64,000 nt of DNA from Coniocarpon cinnabarinum (lineage: Eukaryota). The DNA is taken from NCBI GenBank assembly GCA_051942205.1, contig JAVECO010000030.1:62001-126000 (forward strand), in the 5' to 3' direction. A program made the position numbers and the translations under genes. Positions 36,598 to 49,700 of the stretch are shown piece after piece. Each line of letters opens with the position of its first letter. The first letter of the stretch is position 1. A model generated the notes under the pieces. The model saw nothing but the letters and a program-made list of their open reading frames with translations. It had not been told where the DNA came from and ran no database searches.

Positions 36598-39500
36598 ATG
36601 GCAGCGCTCGAGCAAGAGTTGGCCGCGCTCGAAGAAGAGTTGGCCGACGGAGACATCACCAAGAAAGGCTACGAAAAGAAACGGACATTTCTTCTACAAC
36701 AATTTGGCGCGCAGCAACTACCCCAGCTGCATCAGCCCGCCTATACCTCCCTCGACCCGCTTCATTTCGACTCCGCGCCCAGCCACGCACCGCTCTCGGT
36801 CACAAACGCCTCCTCGACCAGCTTTCTTACTCCCTCCGAACCGTACAATGACTCTGCCGGCTCGCGCACACACACGTTGGCTCGAAGCGACTTCGCTTTT
36901 CAGCCTCCAGAAGAAGAGACGTCCGTCTACCGCCCAGATGGGCCCCAGCGCCAGGATAGCCGGGTCGGCTCCATGCTCGACAGCCTGCAGCAGGGTTACT
37001 TTTCAGACTTTGGTGACGGCAGTCAAGAGGTCTACGGTGGCCCTCAGCGCTACTCTGCGACTGAGGCCATGTCCCCGACAGCGATCCAGCCAACCATGCC
37101 GTCAAGAGATCCTCCCTCGGCCCAAATGATCAATCATCAGCTTCCTCTCGAACCTCGTGACATTCCTTTTGCCGTCACCGATCCCCACGACCCCAATACT
37201 CAGATGAGTCAATTCGACTCCATAGGCGCCGTCCTTCGGCACCGCGGCAAGACACATCCAAGAGTATGCATGCGCCTACCACTGGGAGACAATGCCGCAC
37301 AGATGTTGTGCTGACAGACCACCACAGCAAGCTGCGTATTGGGTTCTAGACGCGAAAGGGAAGGAGATTGCATCGATAACATGGGAGAAACTCGCGAGCA
37401 AAGCCGAGAAAGTTGCACAGGTGATTAGAGACAAGTCAAACCTTTACAGAGGTTGGTATTCTCACATTGGTTGGTGACGAATTACAAGCTAACTATTCTA
37501 TCTCTGAAGGCGATCGAGTGGCACTCATTTACCGGGACATCGAAGTCATTGATTTCGTTGTGGCTCTAGTCGGCTGCTTCATTGCGTAAGGATCCCCCGA
37601 AAATCACCTGCGCGACACGTAAGTTCATGCTAACGGCTTGCGTGAAAGAGGTGTTGTTGCTGTCCCGATCACAGCAGTGTCGGACTATCAGAAGCTCAGT
37701 CTGCTCCTGACGACGACGCAAGCGCATCTGGCGCTAACCACAGACAATAATCTCAAGAACTTTGCAAGGGATATTCAGAATAACAAGTTAAGATGGCCTG
37801 CTGGTGTCGAGTGGTGGAAGACGAATGAGTTTGGCAGCTACCACCCAAAGAAGAAAGATGAACAAGCATCGTTGACCGTGCCGGATCTTGCATATGTCGA
37901 GTTCTCTCGTGCTCCAACAGGTGACTTACGGGGCGTCGTGCTGAGCCATCGCACAATCATGCATCAGCTAGCTGCATTGACCGCAATCATATTAGCCATC
38001 CCCAATTCCGCTGACACAATGGCCAACAACCTCAGAGATCACAATGGGCGCCCGATTGTAAATCCCTCAAGGACCGGGGAGACCCTGCTCTCTTTCCTGG
38101 ATCCTCGTCAAGGCATTGGAATGATCTTAGGCGTTTTGCTTACGATATATGGAGGTCACACAACCGTATGGGAAACCACTGATGCTATTGACTTGAGGGC
38201 CAGTCTGACGTTGCCACAGGTCTGGATCGACCCAAAGAGTGTAGAGATACCCGGGCAGTATGCCCATTTGATCACGCGATATAAGGCGACAGGTGTGTGC
38301 AATCTCCGTGAGACTCGCAAAAGGCTCTATGCTAAGGTTCAATGATAGTTTTGGCGGCCGACTACTCTAGGCTAAAGTTGAGCTGTTATAATTATCAACA
38401 GGATCCTTTGGTTCGTCCGCAAATCGCAGAAACACATATGAGACTTGCTAACGTATCATATTTAGGCTACTCGTCGTACGTTACAGACGATATCAAGTAG
38501 TGACATCTGATTTCATAAGTACTGATAGGCTTTTCAAGAATTCAAAAAGGGTGTAGAGCCAAACTTTGCATCTGTGAAGCTTTGCATGATCGACACTCTT
38601 ACGGTCGACTGCGAATTTCACGAGATATTAGCTGACGTAGGTTTGAAGGCTCCCATTGCATCATGGCTCATTCTTGCTAATCGCACGTATCTAGCGGTGG
38701 TTCAAGCCAATGAGAAATCCGAGGCCAAGAGAAGTAGTAGCCCCAATGCTCAACGTGCCTGAACATGGAGGAATGGTGATCTCCATGCGTGACCACCTAG
38801 GGGGTGCAGAGAGGATGGGTTGCGATCTAGGATCCTCTGATGACGAAGAAGGCCCTGAAGACGGGGATGGCGAAATGTCTCCCACAGATCCAAAACCCAC
38901 TCTCAACGCTTTCCAAAGGAAGGGCTCCCAAAAAGGCAATAGAGATGACCTCAGTGAAGTGCTGGTCGACAAAGAGGCTCTCAAGACTAATGAAGTCGTG
39001 GTCGTGGCGATAGGTGAAGAAGCTCGTCGTCGGGCAAATGAACCAGGCACGCTCCGTGTGGGGTCATTTGGTTATCCATTACCGGATGCCACGTCAGTCG
39101 TTCCATCCTTGCCACTAAACTTGTCACTAACGGCCGCAATAGTATGGCCATTGTCGACCCTGAGAGTTGCCTTTTATGCTCCAATTACGAGGTGGGCGAG
39201 ATTTGGGTGTAAGTTTTGCGCGTGCATCTAGAGGTAAAGGCGCGTATGCTCACGGCTTTGCCATCAGCGATTCACCATCGTTATCTGGAGGGTTCTGGGC
39301 GCTGGTAAGCTTACCTGAATTGGAAATACATGTTTGATGCCTTAGGCTAATCATCACATCAAGCCTAAGCACTCCGATTCCATTTTCCATGCTCATCCCT
39401 ACCGATTTGTTGAAGGTAGTCCGACGCCTGCCCTGCTGGATCAGGAGTATCTACGCAGCGGACTCCTTGGCTTCATCGTACGCGGCAAGGTATATGTTCT

Positions 39501-42461
39501 GGGTCTCTATGAAGGTAGGCGTCTTTTACGGACCCCAATCGGATTGAGGCATATGCGAACTCATTTGAAACAGATAGGATTCGTCAGCGCGTAGAGTGGT
39601 CCGAGCCTGGATCTCGAGAGCTCGAGCATCGCTACTTTTTCGTTCAACAAATCATCTCGACTGTGATGAAGTTCATACCACGGATTCATGACTGTTCAGC
39701 CTTCGATATTTACGCAAATTCTGAATACCTTCCAATCATCCTGCTTGAAACTTTCTCGGCATCCACAGCCCCCACCGTGCCTGGAGGTCCGCCACGTCAG
39801 CTTGATATTCCCCTTCTGGATTCGCTTTCGGAACGATGTATGGATGTTCTTTTTCATGAACATAATCTTCGGGTGTACTGCGTTATGATCAACCCACCTA
39901 ATTCACTGCCACGAGTCATCAAAAACGGTCGTTCAGATATTGGTAACATGCTGTGTCGAAGAGAATTCGACAATGGTAACCTGCCCTGTGTGCATGTTCA
40001 GTTTGGGGTTGAACGTGCCGTACAGAATCTACCAGATGGTGACGACATTCTCGGAGGCATCTTTTCATCTTTGTCATCCCAAAAGCGCCAGAATCATCTA
40101 CAACTCCAAGAGAAGCAATATTCAGGTGTCGACTATCGACCTGTGGTGATGGACGACCGAACCTCAACTTCGCTCACTCAATTTTCGAATATCCAAGATC
40201 TGCTCCAATGGCGCGCGAGCAGACAAGGTGAGGAGCTCGCGTATTGTTCCGTTGACGCTAGAGGGAAAGAAGGGAAGGGCATAAACTGGAAAAAACTCGA
40301 TCTCAAGGTGTGTGCAGTTGCTATGTATTTGAAGAACAAGGTAAAAGTGCAAGCTGGCGATCATCTACTTCTGATGTACACGCACTCTGAGGACTTTGTC
40401 TACGCTGTCCATGCGTGCTGGGTACTGGGAGCGATCGCGATACCAATGGCACCGTTAGATCAAAATCGCTTAAGCGAAGACGCGCCAGCATTGTTGTCCA
40501 TAATAGCAGATTTTCGCATCAAGGCCATCCTCGTCAACCATGAAACGGATCAGCTGCTGAAGCTAAAGGTAGTGTCTCAGCATCTAAAGCAGTCGGCGAA
40601 CGTCATCAAATGCAACATTCCGAATTCGTACAATACGTCGAAACCATCCAAGCAATCACACGGATGCCGCGAAACGGGATTAACGATGAAACCTGCCTGG
40701 GTCCAGCCAGGGTACCCGGTCTTGATCTGGGTATACTGGACTCCTGATCAGCGCCGTGTGGCTGTCCAGCTGGGTCACAGCACGATCATGGCTTTATGCA
40801 AAGTTCAAAAGGAGACCTGCCAAATGACAAGCACGCGACCGATCCTGGCATGCGTCAGGAGTACCATCGGCCTCGGGTTCATTCACATGTGTCTTATGGG
40901 CATCTACCTCGCAGCCCCCACGTATCTGGTCTCGCCTGTCGACTTTGCTCAAAACCCTGGATCCTTATTCCTTGCTCTGTCCCGATACAAGGTGAAAGAC
41001 ACTTACGCTACCAGTCAAATGCTGGATCACGCCATGTCCAACGTATCAGGTAAGAGCTTTGCGCTTTACGAACTGAAGAACTTGATGATCTCTACGGACA
41101 CACGTCCACGTTCGGACGTGTACCAACGGACCAGGACACACTTTGCTTCAGCAGGGCTTGACAGAACCGCCATCAACACCATATACTCCCACGTCCTCAA
41201 CCCCATGATAGCGTCACGATCTTACATGTGCATCGAGCCCATTGAGATCTGGCTGGACCCTCAAGCCTTGCGCCGCGGCCTTATATCTCTTGTTGATCCC
41301 GAAATCGAGCCGTATGCCTTGTATTTGCAAGATTCGGGTATGGTGCCAGTCAGTACACAAATAGCAATCGTCAACCCTGAGACCGAGCGGTTGTGCTATA
41401 CGGGCGAATATGGTGAGATCTGGGTCCAGTCAGAAGCGTGTGCCCATTCATTCTATGGTTCTCGAGACCCTCTAGACGCGGAGCGCATGAACGGCCGCAT
41501 TGTTGACGGCGATCCAAACGTCCGTTTCGTTCGAACTGGTGATCTAGGCTTCCTGCACAACCTCAGCCGACCCATTGGCCCCGGCGGCAAGTCAGTTGAC
41601 ATGCAAGTACTCTTTATCCTCGGCAGCATTGGTGAGACGTTTGAAGTGAGTGGCTTGAGTCATTTCCCGTGTGACATCGAAGCGTCGATTGAACGCTGCC
41701 ATCGCAACATCGCACCAGGTGGCAGCGCCGTCTTTCAAGCTGGCGGGCTCGTGGTAGCGCTTGTCGAGGTGGTGAGACGAAATTACCTGGCGTCCATTGT
41801 GCCCGTGATAATCAACACTGTTCTCAATCAACACCAGCTGGTACTGGATATTGTAGCATTCGTGGCACGAGGCGATTTCCCTCGGTCACGACTCGGGGAG
41901 AAGCAACGAGGCAAGATACTGGCGGGATGGGTCACTCGCAAGATGCGAACCATCGCGCAATTTGGCATCAAAGATCCTGACGCCCCGATGATGGACGACG
42001 GAGCAACAGGAATCGGTCGACGCAGCGGACACAGCTTCCGGAGCAGCAGCGTACGAGGTGGCAGCAGTCTGAAGCATGTAGAAAGCAGCTCAGCGCTAGC
42101 AGACTCGCAAGGCAAAGCGTACGCGCCGCCGGAGAGCGTGGCCGAATTGCCGACTGACGACAGCTCAATCGTGGACTCGTCTCCCGAGCCCACCAACCTT
42201 GGCATCGCCGCACCTCCACGAGACGACCTGACACCCACGCAGCTGAACCACACGACGGAATACTCACCTGTGGAGCGACCGAGCGATGAGTTCACACCCG
42301 TACAGCCGTCTCCACCGCGGAACGACGGGTTGGCGGCAGCGGGATACTATCTGAATTTACCTCCGATCGACGGAAGAGGCAGCTTCATCTTCGACGACGG
42401 CGAAGAAGATGATCGCACCGAGCGGGGCGGGCTTCGAGTGACCAATACAGAAGATTCTTGA
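36598..42461 (+). CDS. CPS1: DIP2/CPS1-like protein (DMAP1-binding domain + two fatty acyl-AMP ligase-like domains), many introns
   Basis: N-terminal LAALEEELADGDITKKGYEKKR; DLAYVEFS..GDLRGVVLSH, GEIWV and RTGDLGF adenylation-domain motifs, present as two domains. Confidence 0.9.
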
Positions 42462-44318
42462 CGCCGGGACGAGACAAGAGAGGAGAGTACATCCATGATG
42501 ACTAAGTCTGGCGGCATCGACTCATGAACGAGAAAATGTGGCAGGAGAGGAGATGAGCAAAGTCTAGGCGTTCCAGGGCTGAAACTGGCTGTCAGTCCAC
42601 CTGTCAGCCCGAGTGCAGGGCTGTTACCAGGGTATGCATTTTTCTGGCGCGGAGGCGGGCATGGCAGATGGGGACATTTTGGAAACGACAGAGAGCTTGG
42701 GACTTGTATGGAGAAACACGCGAGATGTACAGTCATGAGTCGAGGTGTGTAACTTGGAAAAGTGTTGTTGACGCGCAGGGACTGGAGACGGAGCAAGTCA
42801 ATGGAACTCATGTTTCGGCACGTATACCTACTAGGGCGCGATCGTCGAGAATCGCCGAGTAGCTGCCCTGATCAATCGATAGATGACCCACCAAAGGCAC
42901 GTGCCATTGTGGGGCAGCCAACACACAGGCGTGCGAGAGGATCTAGACCTGCGCAGACGAGATAGAGTTGAGGAAGGAAGGCTGGAAGGCAATGCAGAGG
43001 ATGGGAAGGAGAATAAGAGAGCGATGCATGGAGGAGAGGAGATGAAGAGGAGGAGGGTTGGCCGTCGGGGAGCGCCGCGCAACATTGTGCAACCCCTGTC
43101 TGAGGTGGTCTCGTCTCATTTCTCGAAGCGCCAGAGCGTGCGAGTTGGAACCTGAAACAAGAGGTACTTGCCTGAAGAAGCATCATGAGATCGGGACAGG
43201 GGCCGATCGACGTCATTATGCCTACGGCGGGGCCTCCTTGGCGGCTCCTCGCAGCCAATCGCGGGCGGGAGGAGCCTGGCTGCTCAGGATGCGCTAAGGC
43301 CCCGCCAAGCGCACGGACGGTGGCTAGTGCGACTAGCGCGAGCCAATGTCCACCGCGAGTAAATTCTCCTGCCCACTGCCCAATGCTGGCTCGTCAGGTC
43401 GTCGCTGGGCCAAGTGACCAAGACCTCCTTCTCCCTCACCTACTACCTACCTGTCTACAACCTCTTCTCTCTTCTATCCACGCACTCTTTCATTGACGCG
43501 CCTCCCGCCTGTCCTTCTCCACTTCCCCCCCGGTATCACCACCTGCCTCACCACCCATCTTTCGGCAGCTCCCAGCGAGCCCTGCAGCCATTCATTTGTC
43601 CATCTCACCCTCTTTCCTCCCACTCCTCCCTCGTGTTCCCCAGTCTTTGCCCTCCCTCACCTCTTGTCGCGAGTCCACTCCCAGCCTTCGTTTACGGGAG
43701 TCGTCATTTGCCCCAGCGCTACCACCTAGCTCCAGTCTGTGCTCGCGTCCAGGCCAGGTCAGTGGCGCCCACACCCCCGATCCCGCTCATCTGGCTGGAA
43801 AACACCTCTTGTTGACCAAAGTGACAGGTGCCCACCCCCTAGTGCTGTTTGGCTAGCGAAAGATTTTGGCGCGCTGTGCAGGTACATCTGGGGCAAGTCT
43901 TCCCTTCCACTCTTCTTCGTCTTCTGTTGTCAGGTCTCGTTCGCCCTCGAGCCCTCTCCCACACTCTTCCACTTACTTCGCCCACCGCCATGAAGATCCC
44001 TTCCCCGGCTGGACTGCTGTTTCCAAGGACCGTTAGCTAACCGCGGACTCCCACTGTGCAGGCATCAACGGAAATCCGCGTCCTGGTCGTTTTCTGGGAC
44101 CAAACCTGGCATTGTGCACGTTCAAAGGCGCTCCTCCAAACGCTCTTTGTTTGCTCGTCCAACACCGCGCTCGCTCTCTCTTGCCGTTTCCCATCCACAC
44201 CATTCTGTACCACTCAATCGGTGTCCTGATTCGTCCACCGAATTAGATCCTTTACTAGCGCAGGCCGCATTTTATCTTTTCTGTCATTCATTAAGTGGGG
44301 GGACGAGAGAGCAGCGCG

Positions 44319-46217
44319 ATGTCTGGCACGCAGCCGTCACAAGCGCCCCCTTCGGCGTCGGCTTCCCATGGAGGTTCGTCGGGCGGGTCATCATCAAAGG
44401 AACCAAATCCTTACGAAGTCAGTGCCCAACCCTGGACCCACCCAGAATACTTATCAGGACTGACTGGTGTTCAACAGACAAGTAATTATCTCTTCGTCAA
44501 CATCATTCTCGCTGTCTTCTTCGGACTCATGCTTGCGACGCTAATATTCCGGGTGTGCAACCTGGGAAACATGTATCTGCGCTTTATCCATGCCACAGGG
44601 GCCGGGCGCGAGAAGCAGATGTATTGGAAGACCAACAAAACCGAGTGGTGGCCATGGATCAAGCGGCACTTACTCTACGCTCCGCTTTTCAGCAAGCGCC
44701 ACAACCAGGTCATCAAACTCACCTCCGTGGTGACCTTTGGCACACTCCCCTCGCGATTTCATTCGATCCTCATATTCGTCTTTGTGACCATGAACCTGGC
44801 CTACTGTGCTGTGTTGGACTACAGCAACAAGCAGTCAGAAGCTGTTTGGGCCGAATGGCGAGGTCGAACGGGCATGCTCGCCACACTAAACATGATACCG
44901 ACGTTCCTGTTTGCGCTCCGCAACAACCCGCTCATTCCCTTGTTGCAGGTCAGCTACGACACATTCAATCTTCTCCACCGCTGGCTGGCGCGCATCGTCA
45001 TCATCGAATCTATTCTCCACACATTGGCCTGGTTTATCCCCAAGATGAAGATGCAGGGCTTCGAGGGTGTCAAGCATTCCATTCCGAAGTCTGAGTTTCT
45101 GATGTGGGGCACAGTGGCGACGCTGGTGTTCATCTTCATGGGCCTCCAAGCGTGGTCCCCTCTCCGGCATGCCTTTTACGAGACCTTTCTCAACATTCAC
45201 AAGCTTGCGGCAATCGCCTGTATTGTTGGCGTCTACCTGCATTGCTCTCACGGTGAGCTTCCGGAAGTGCAATACGTTCAGATCGTCATCGCCTTCTGGG
45301 CCCTTGAATACGTATTCCGGACAGGGCGCATCGTTTACAGAAACTGGGCCAGGCAATCCGGTCTCACGCGCGTCACTATCGAAGCGCTTCCGGCCGAAGC
45401 TTGTCGGATCACGTATCACTTGGCTCGGCCTTGGAAGTTCTCGCCCGGCGTTCATATCCATGCCTATCTTCCCCGCTACGGCTTGCTATCGAGTCATCCG
45501 TTCTCAGTCGCATGGTCTGAAGACCACGTCCGCTCGTCACTATCTGACGACGAGAAACTCCCTACCACTGGACCGCTCAAAGTCAACGAGCTCGATCTTC
45601 AACGTTCCGGCACTGTCCGTACCGATGTCTCACTCATCGTACGTTCATTCACCGGCATGACATCCCACGTCTACAAAGCAGCGTGCAACGCGCCCAACAA
45701 GGTCATTACAACCTGGGGTGCCATTGAAGGTCCATACGGCGGTCATGAGTCCCTTGACTCCTTTGGAACGGTCCTCATGTTCGCTGGTGGTGTCGGCATT
45801 ACGCATCAGCTGTCGTATATCCGTCATCTCGTCGCTGGCGCCGGGAATGCCATGGTCGCGGCTCGAAAAATCATTCTCGTATGGTCCGTACCGACGACGG
45901 AAAATCTCGAGTGGATACGCCCGTATATGGATGAGATCCTGAGATATCCTGGTCGAAGAGAAGTCCTCAAGATTATGCTCTTCGTCACCAAGCCAAGGTC
46001 ACGCAACGAGATTATGAGCAATACGGGATCGGTGGCGATGTATCCGGGTCGATGCTCACCGGGAACAATCGTGGAGAAGGAGTTCTTGGAGCGGGAAGGC
46101 GCCATGGCTGTTACAGTCTGCGGACCCGGTCCCTTCGCGGACTCTGTGCGACAGGCAAGTCGACGGTTATGTGAGGTGGGTAGCGTGACATTTGTGGAAG
46201 AAGCGTTTACGTATTAG
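44319..46217 (+). CDS. Ferric reductase-like transmembrane protein (FRE family)
   Basis: Heme-ligand His motifs (LLHRWLAR, LHT, NIHK, YLH), HPFS FAD motif, EGPYG, AGGVGIT, VCGP and terminal EEAFTY. Confidence 0.9.
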   Translation: MSGTQPSQAPPSASASHGGSSGGSSSKEPNPYEVSAQPWTHPEYLSGLTGVQQTSNYLFVNIILAVFFGLMLATLIFRVCNLGNMYLRFIHATGAGREKQMYWKTNKTEWWPWIKRHLLYAPLFSKRHNQVIKLTSVVTFGTLPSRFHSILIFVFVTMNLAYCAVLDYSNKQSEAVWAEWRGRTGMLATLNMIPTFLFALRNNPLIPLLQVSYDTFNLLHRWLARIVIIESILHTLAWFIPKMKMQGFEGVKHSIPKSEFLMWGTVATLVFIFMGLQAWSPLRHAFYETFLNIHKLAAIACIVGVYLHCSHGELPEVQYVQIVIAFWALEYVFRTGRIVYRNWARQSGLTRVTIEALPAEACRITYHLARPWKFSPGVHIHAYLPRYGLLSSHPFSVAWSEDHVRSSLSDDEKLPTTGPLKVNELDLQRSGTVRTDVSLIVRSFTGMTSHVYKAACNAPNKVITTWGAIEGPYGGHESLDSFGTVLMFAGGVGITHQLSYIRHLVAGAGNAMVAARKIILVWSVPTTENLEWIRPYMDEILRYPGRREVLKIMLFVTKPRSRNEIMSNTGSVAMYPGRCSPGTIVEKEFLEREGAMAVTVCGPGPFADSVRQASRRLCEVGSVTFVEEAFTY

Positions 46218-46329
46218 GATTGTTGTGACTGGGTGAGAAAGGCGCAAACTTGAGTTGGACAGAACTGGATCAATCTTGGAGACAACTAGCGTGCCTCAAA
46301 ACCGTGCACATATGGGACATGTACAGAGT

Positions 46330-46450
46330 GGCATTTGGAAGAACTTGGCGACCTCGAAGAAAGGCTTGCTTGTAGTATAAGGAATGAAGTAAAAACTATG
46401 CTCAGATCGACACCCCCAGTCTTAGTCACATGCCCTGATTTGCGACGAAG
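46330..46450 (+). repeat. Possible degenerate copy K of the ~170-bp element
   Basis: GCTTGTAGTATAAGGAATGAAGTAAAAACTATG resembles copy H GCGATAAGGAGGAAGTGGGTCACAAGGCTATG. Confidence 0.3.
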
Positions 46451-46764
46451 AAGGGCCAATTTATCACTTCCCTGATGCCTGCGGAATTCCGTGCATTGAT
46501 GGAGGTTTGCCTGGCTTTTAAAGTCCAGGTTGACCCTGCCCAATCGTCTCTCTAAAAATACCTGCAGTTACGGCAAGATCATATCGCCCGTCGCGCCGCT
46601 GGTCTCGCAAAATCTAGCTTGCGGATATCGTTGAGCAAGAGATGTCTACTCTATGCCGATATTAAAAGCCCGATGCCACATCAAACGCCACATATGCCTC
46701 TGACATCGACCGACACTACCGTTTCCTAAATGCATTAAGGTATCAATCACAACAAGTGACGAAA

Positions 46765-49700
46765 TCACGCCAACATCTCCCCCAGACTCTCCCCAAGCAC
46801 CCCCTCCATCTCCTTGACCCAAGCCTCCGTCTGACCTTCCACGCGCTCATCCCCGTCCTCGAGCAACTCACTCACAATCGGCAACATCTGCGGCAGCATG
46901 CCGAGCCACTCTTCACCTAATTCCCGCGTGAGTGCGCGCATCGCCATGACTGCTGCTAACTTGCCGTTGCGGGCGGTCTTTTTGTCGGACCAGCGTGTCG
47001 TGGTGGTCTTCTTGCTAGGGACGTCGCCGTTGGTATGTGGTGCGCGGGGTGCACTACCAGACTGGGCGAGGACCTCAGGCTGGTGGCCTTTCAGGAGGGA
47101 AAGGAGAGAGGTGTTGAGAGCGGTGAGGTGATCAGGGATAGACGAGACGGCGGAGGCGAACGCGACGAGAGCTGGTATCGCATGCGTTTGTGTCAGACTC
47201 GTCAGCGGCGCTGGGTTATGCAGAGTGAGCTGTGCGAGTAGCGCCGGGTGCAGGAGCGCAAAGCGAGACGGCGCCTGATAAAAGTCGTCTTGGTCATGTT
47301 TGAATCCGGAAATCAGGGACTTGAGCACCACTTGCACGAGCTCATGTGTCATCTGGGTGGCTTGCGCCGCTTCCGGGACAGCGCGCAGAATGTCGCTGGC
47401 GGTCTCGAGAACGTACCCGAAGTAGGGCGTCACGAGGGATTTGAGCCGTTCGGATAATGTATGCAAGAAGTTGAAGAGCGTAAGGCGGCGGAGCGACTTG
47501 CCTTGCTCGTATTGTTGCGTGAGGTCGCCTGTCCATTCCACGAGCCGGACGAAGAACGGTCGGAAGGTAGCGTCATTTACCTTGAGAATCAAAGTAATGA
47601 GTAAGTTGATTGTCTTGCGCTCGAGAGCTGCAACGACTGTGTCGTCAATTGCTTGAACTGAATCACTCTCGGTCAGCCTACGACGTAGGTCGCAAAAAGA
47701 CAAGAACGAGTCGAGTAGGATGCGGGTATGTTTGGAGATCTCGGACTTGGGCTGCAGATCAATCGAGGACTGCAGCAAGTCCAAGGACTCGTGGAGAGCG
47801 CTGGACCCAGAGGTTATTGCAAGATCCCATGTCCGGCGATTGGCTTCGAAAACCGTCTGCACGGTGACCTTCTCTGCGGTGACCTGATTGAAGTGTACTC
47901 GATTTTCGTTTGCTTCCGACTTGAGATCTGATACAGCCGATAGGTGCATATGTCGCATCGATGTCTCCAAGAATGTGGAGGATATCATAAAAGGCAAGTG
48001 CTCGACAAGAGCGACATCCAGCGCTATCGTCGCGTTGTGCAGCCGGATGTCCTTTGGCTCTTGCTCCAGAGCCCCTCCCAAGCAGCGGCATGCAGCATTC
48101 GCAGAGTCATGCAGCAATGGGATGTAGCGTTCCTGCAAGACGTCGACCATGGAAGCAAGACAATGCAAGGCCAAGGCGAGCATCAAGGGGTCTTTTTCGT
48201 TTAGACATCCCGCTACAATCTGTGCGGCTCGGAAGGTGTTGTCAAGGTCCAATTTTCCATAGTCTTCGCAAATGCGATCGATGCATACGATTGCGTTGAG
48301 TCGGAGTGGCAATGCCGACCCTTCTGCCTCGACGAGGGAAGTGAGTCGCGGGAGGAACCGCAAAGCAACTTGCTTTGTTGCAGCGTCTGCGACCTTTGCG
48401 AATCGCAATTGGACCTCGAGAGCCTTGAGGATGCTTCTGGACACGTTCTCGTTGGAAGGATTGAGCAGTGGGCTAATAGCTGCAAGGAACTCAGCGAACG
48501 GAAGGAGTTTTAGCAGATGTTCCAAAGCATTGGAGCATTTCTGTTTCACAGCTTCGTCAACGGCAAAATTCGCAGGCAGTTGAAGCAATTTTTCCAGACT
48601 CTGCCCAAACAACCGACGCATTTCATCAGCGTCTGGATTCTTGCTCTCCCTGGTGAGAACGTGATAGTCGATCAGTCCATCTTTGATCATCTCGCACAGC
48701 ACTTGAAGCCATGCAGACATCCTCTCGCTCCTTGCAGGATCTGTTGTAGGCAGGGAAATCGATGAGCTTCGGCTGGTCGAATCAGGTTCCGAAATTTGCA
48801 CCAGGACATCGATGTAATTGCGTAGCGAAGTCAGAGCTACTTTGGACGGATACTGTCGCAGTAGCAGTGCCGAGAAGCGCTCCACACTTGCATATGATGG
48901 CCACCGGTATGCAAGAGACATCAGGATAAAGTGCAGGCACTCCTCTGGCCCTAACGAAGACGCAAGCAGATTGAAAAGCCGCAATCGCCGTTCATGAGGT
49001 ATATGTTCAAAAGCTGCTGCGAAGCTTGAGATGATGTCTTCTGTTGATGTGGCGACATCGGCCTTGCGCTCTCGTAGCGTGTGGACGAGTCTGGGTATAA
49101 TATCCTGAATAGCTCGATCAACAATTTGGAACGATTGCTCATCTTGTTGCCGTACAGTGGTCTGGCTCATTAGCGTGAAAATAGGGATGATGTGATGCAA
49201 AACTCCTTCAGGAATCCAGATACTCAAAGACGATAGCAGACCAATGGCAGCAGTGCGCGCCTGAGAGCTAGAAGTTTTCTTTAAACATTCCACAAGCAAA
49301 TCCACGCGCACTACAGAAGTGTCAAAAGATACTCTTTGCTGTGACGCTTGCAAGGACTTCGCCAGCGCTAACAAGTTTTTGAGCACGAGAACTTGCAAGA
49401 ATTGCCCATCAACGCGTTTGCGAGATTGCCATGTCTGAATCACCCGCAGGGCTCGAAAGAGAATGTGAAAGAGATCCCCGTTAGCATCTAAGTGTGCTTC
49501 ATCGACGAGCTCTAATCCCAGGCTTAATTGTTGAAGCCCTGATGACGGCCTGGCTCCAATTTCCTCTTGATGAGCGGATGCCGATTCTTTGCTGATGCGT
49601 CGTCTTTTAGCGACGCGCTCGTCTGTTACTTCGAATTGCGATAGGAGATGCGAGAACATGTCAACTAGATTGTCGCTTGAGAGGGTGAGACCTCGCAAAA

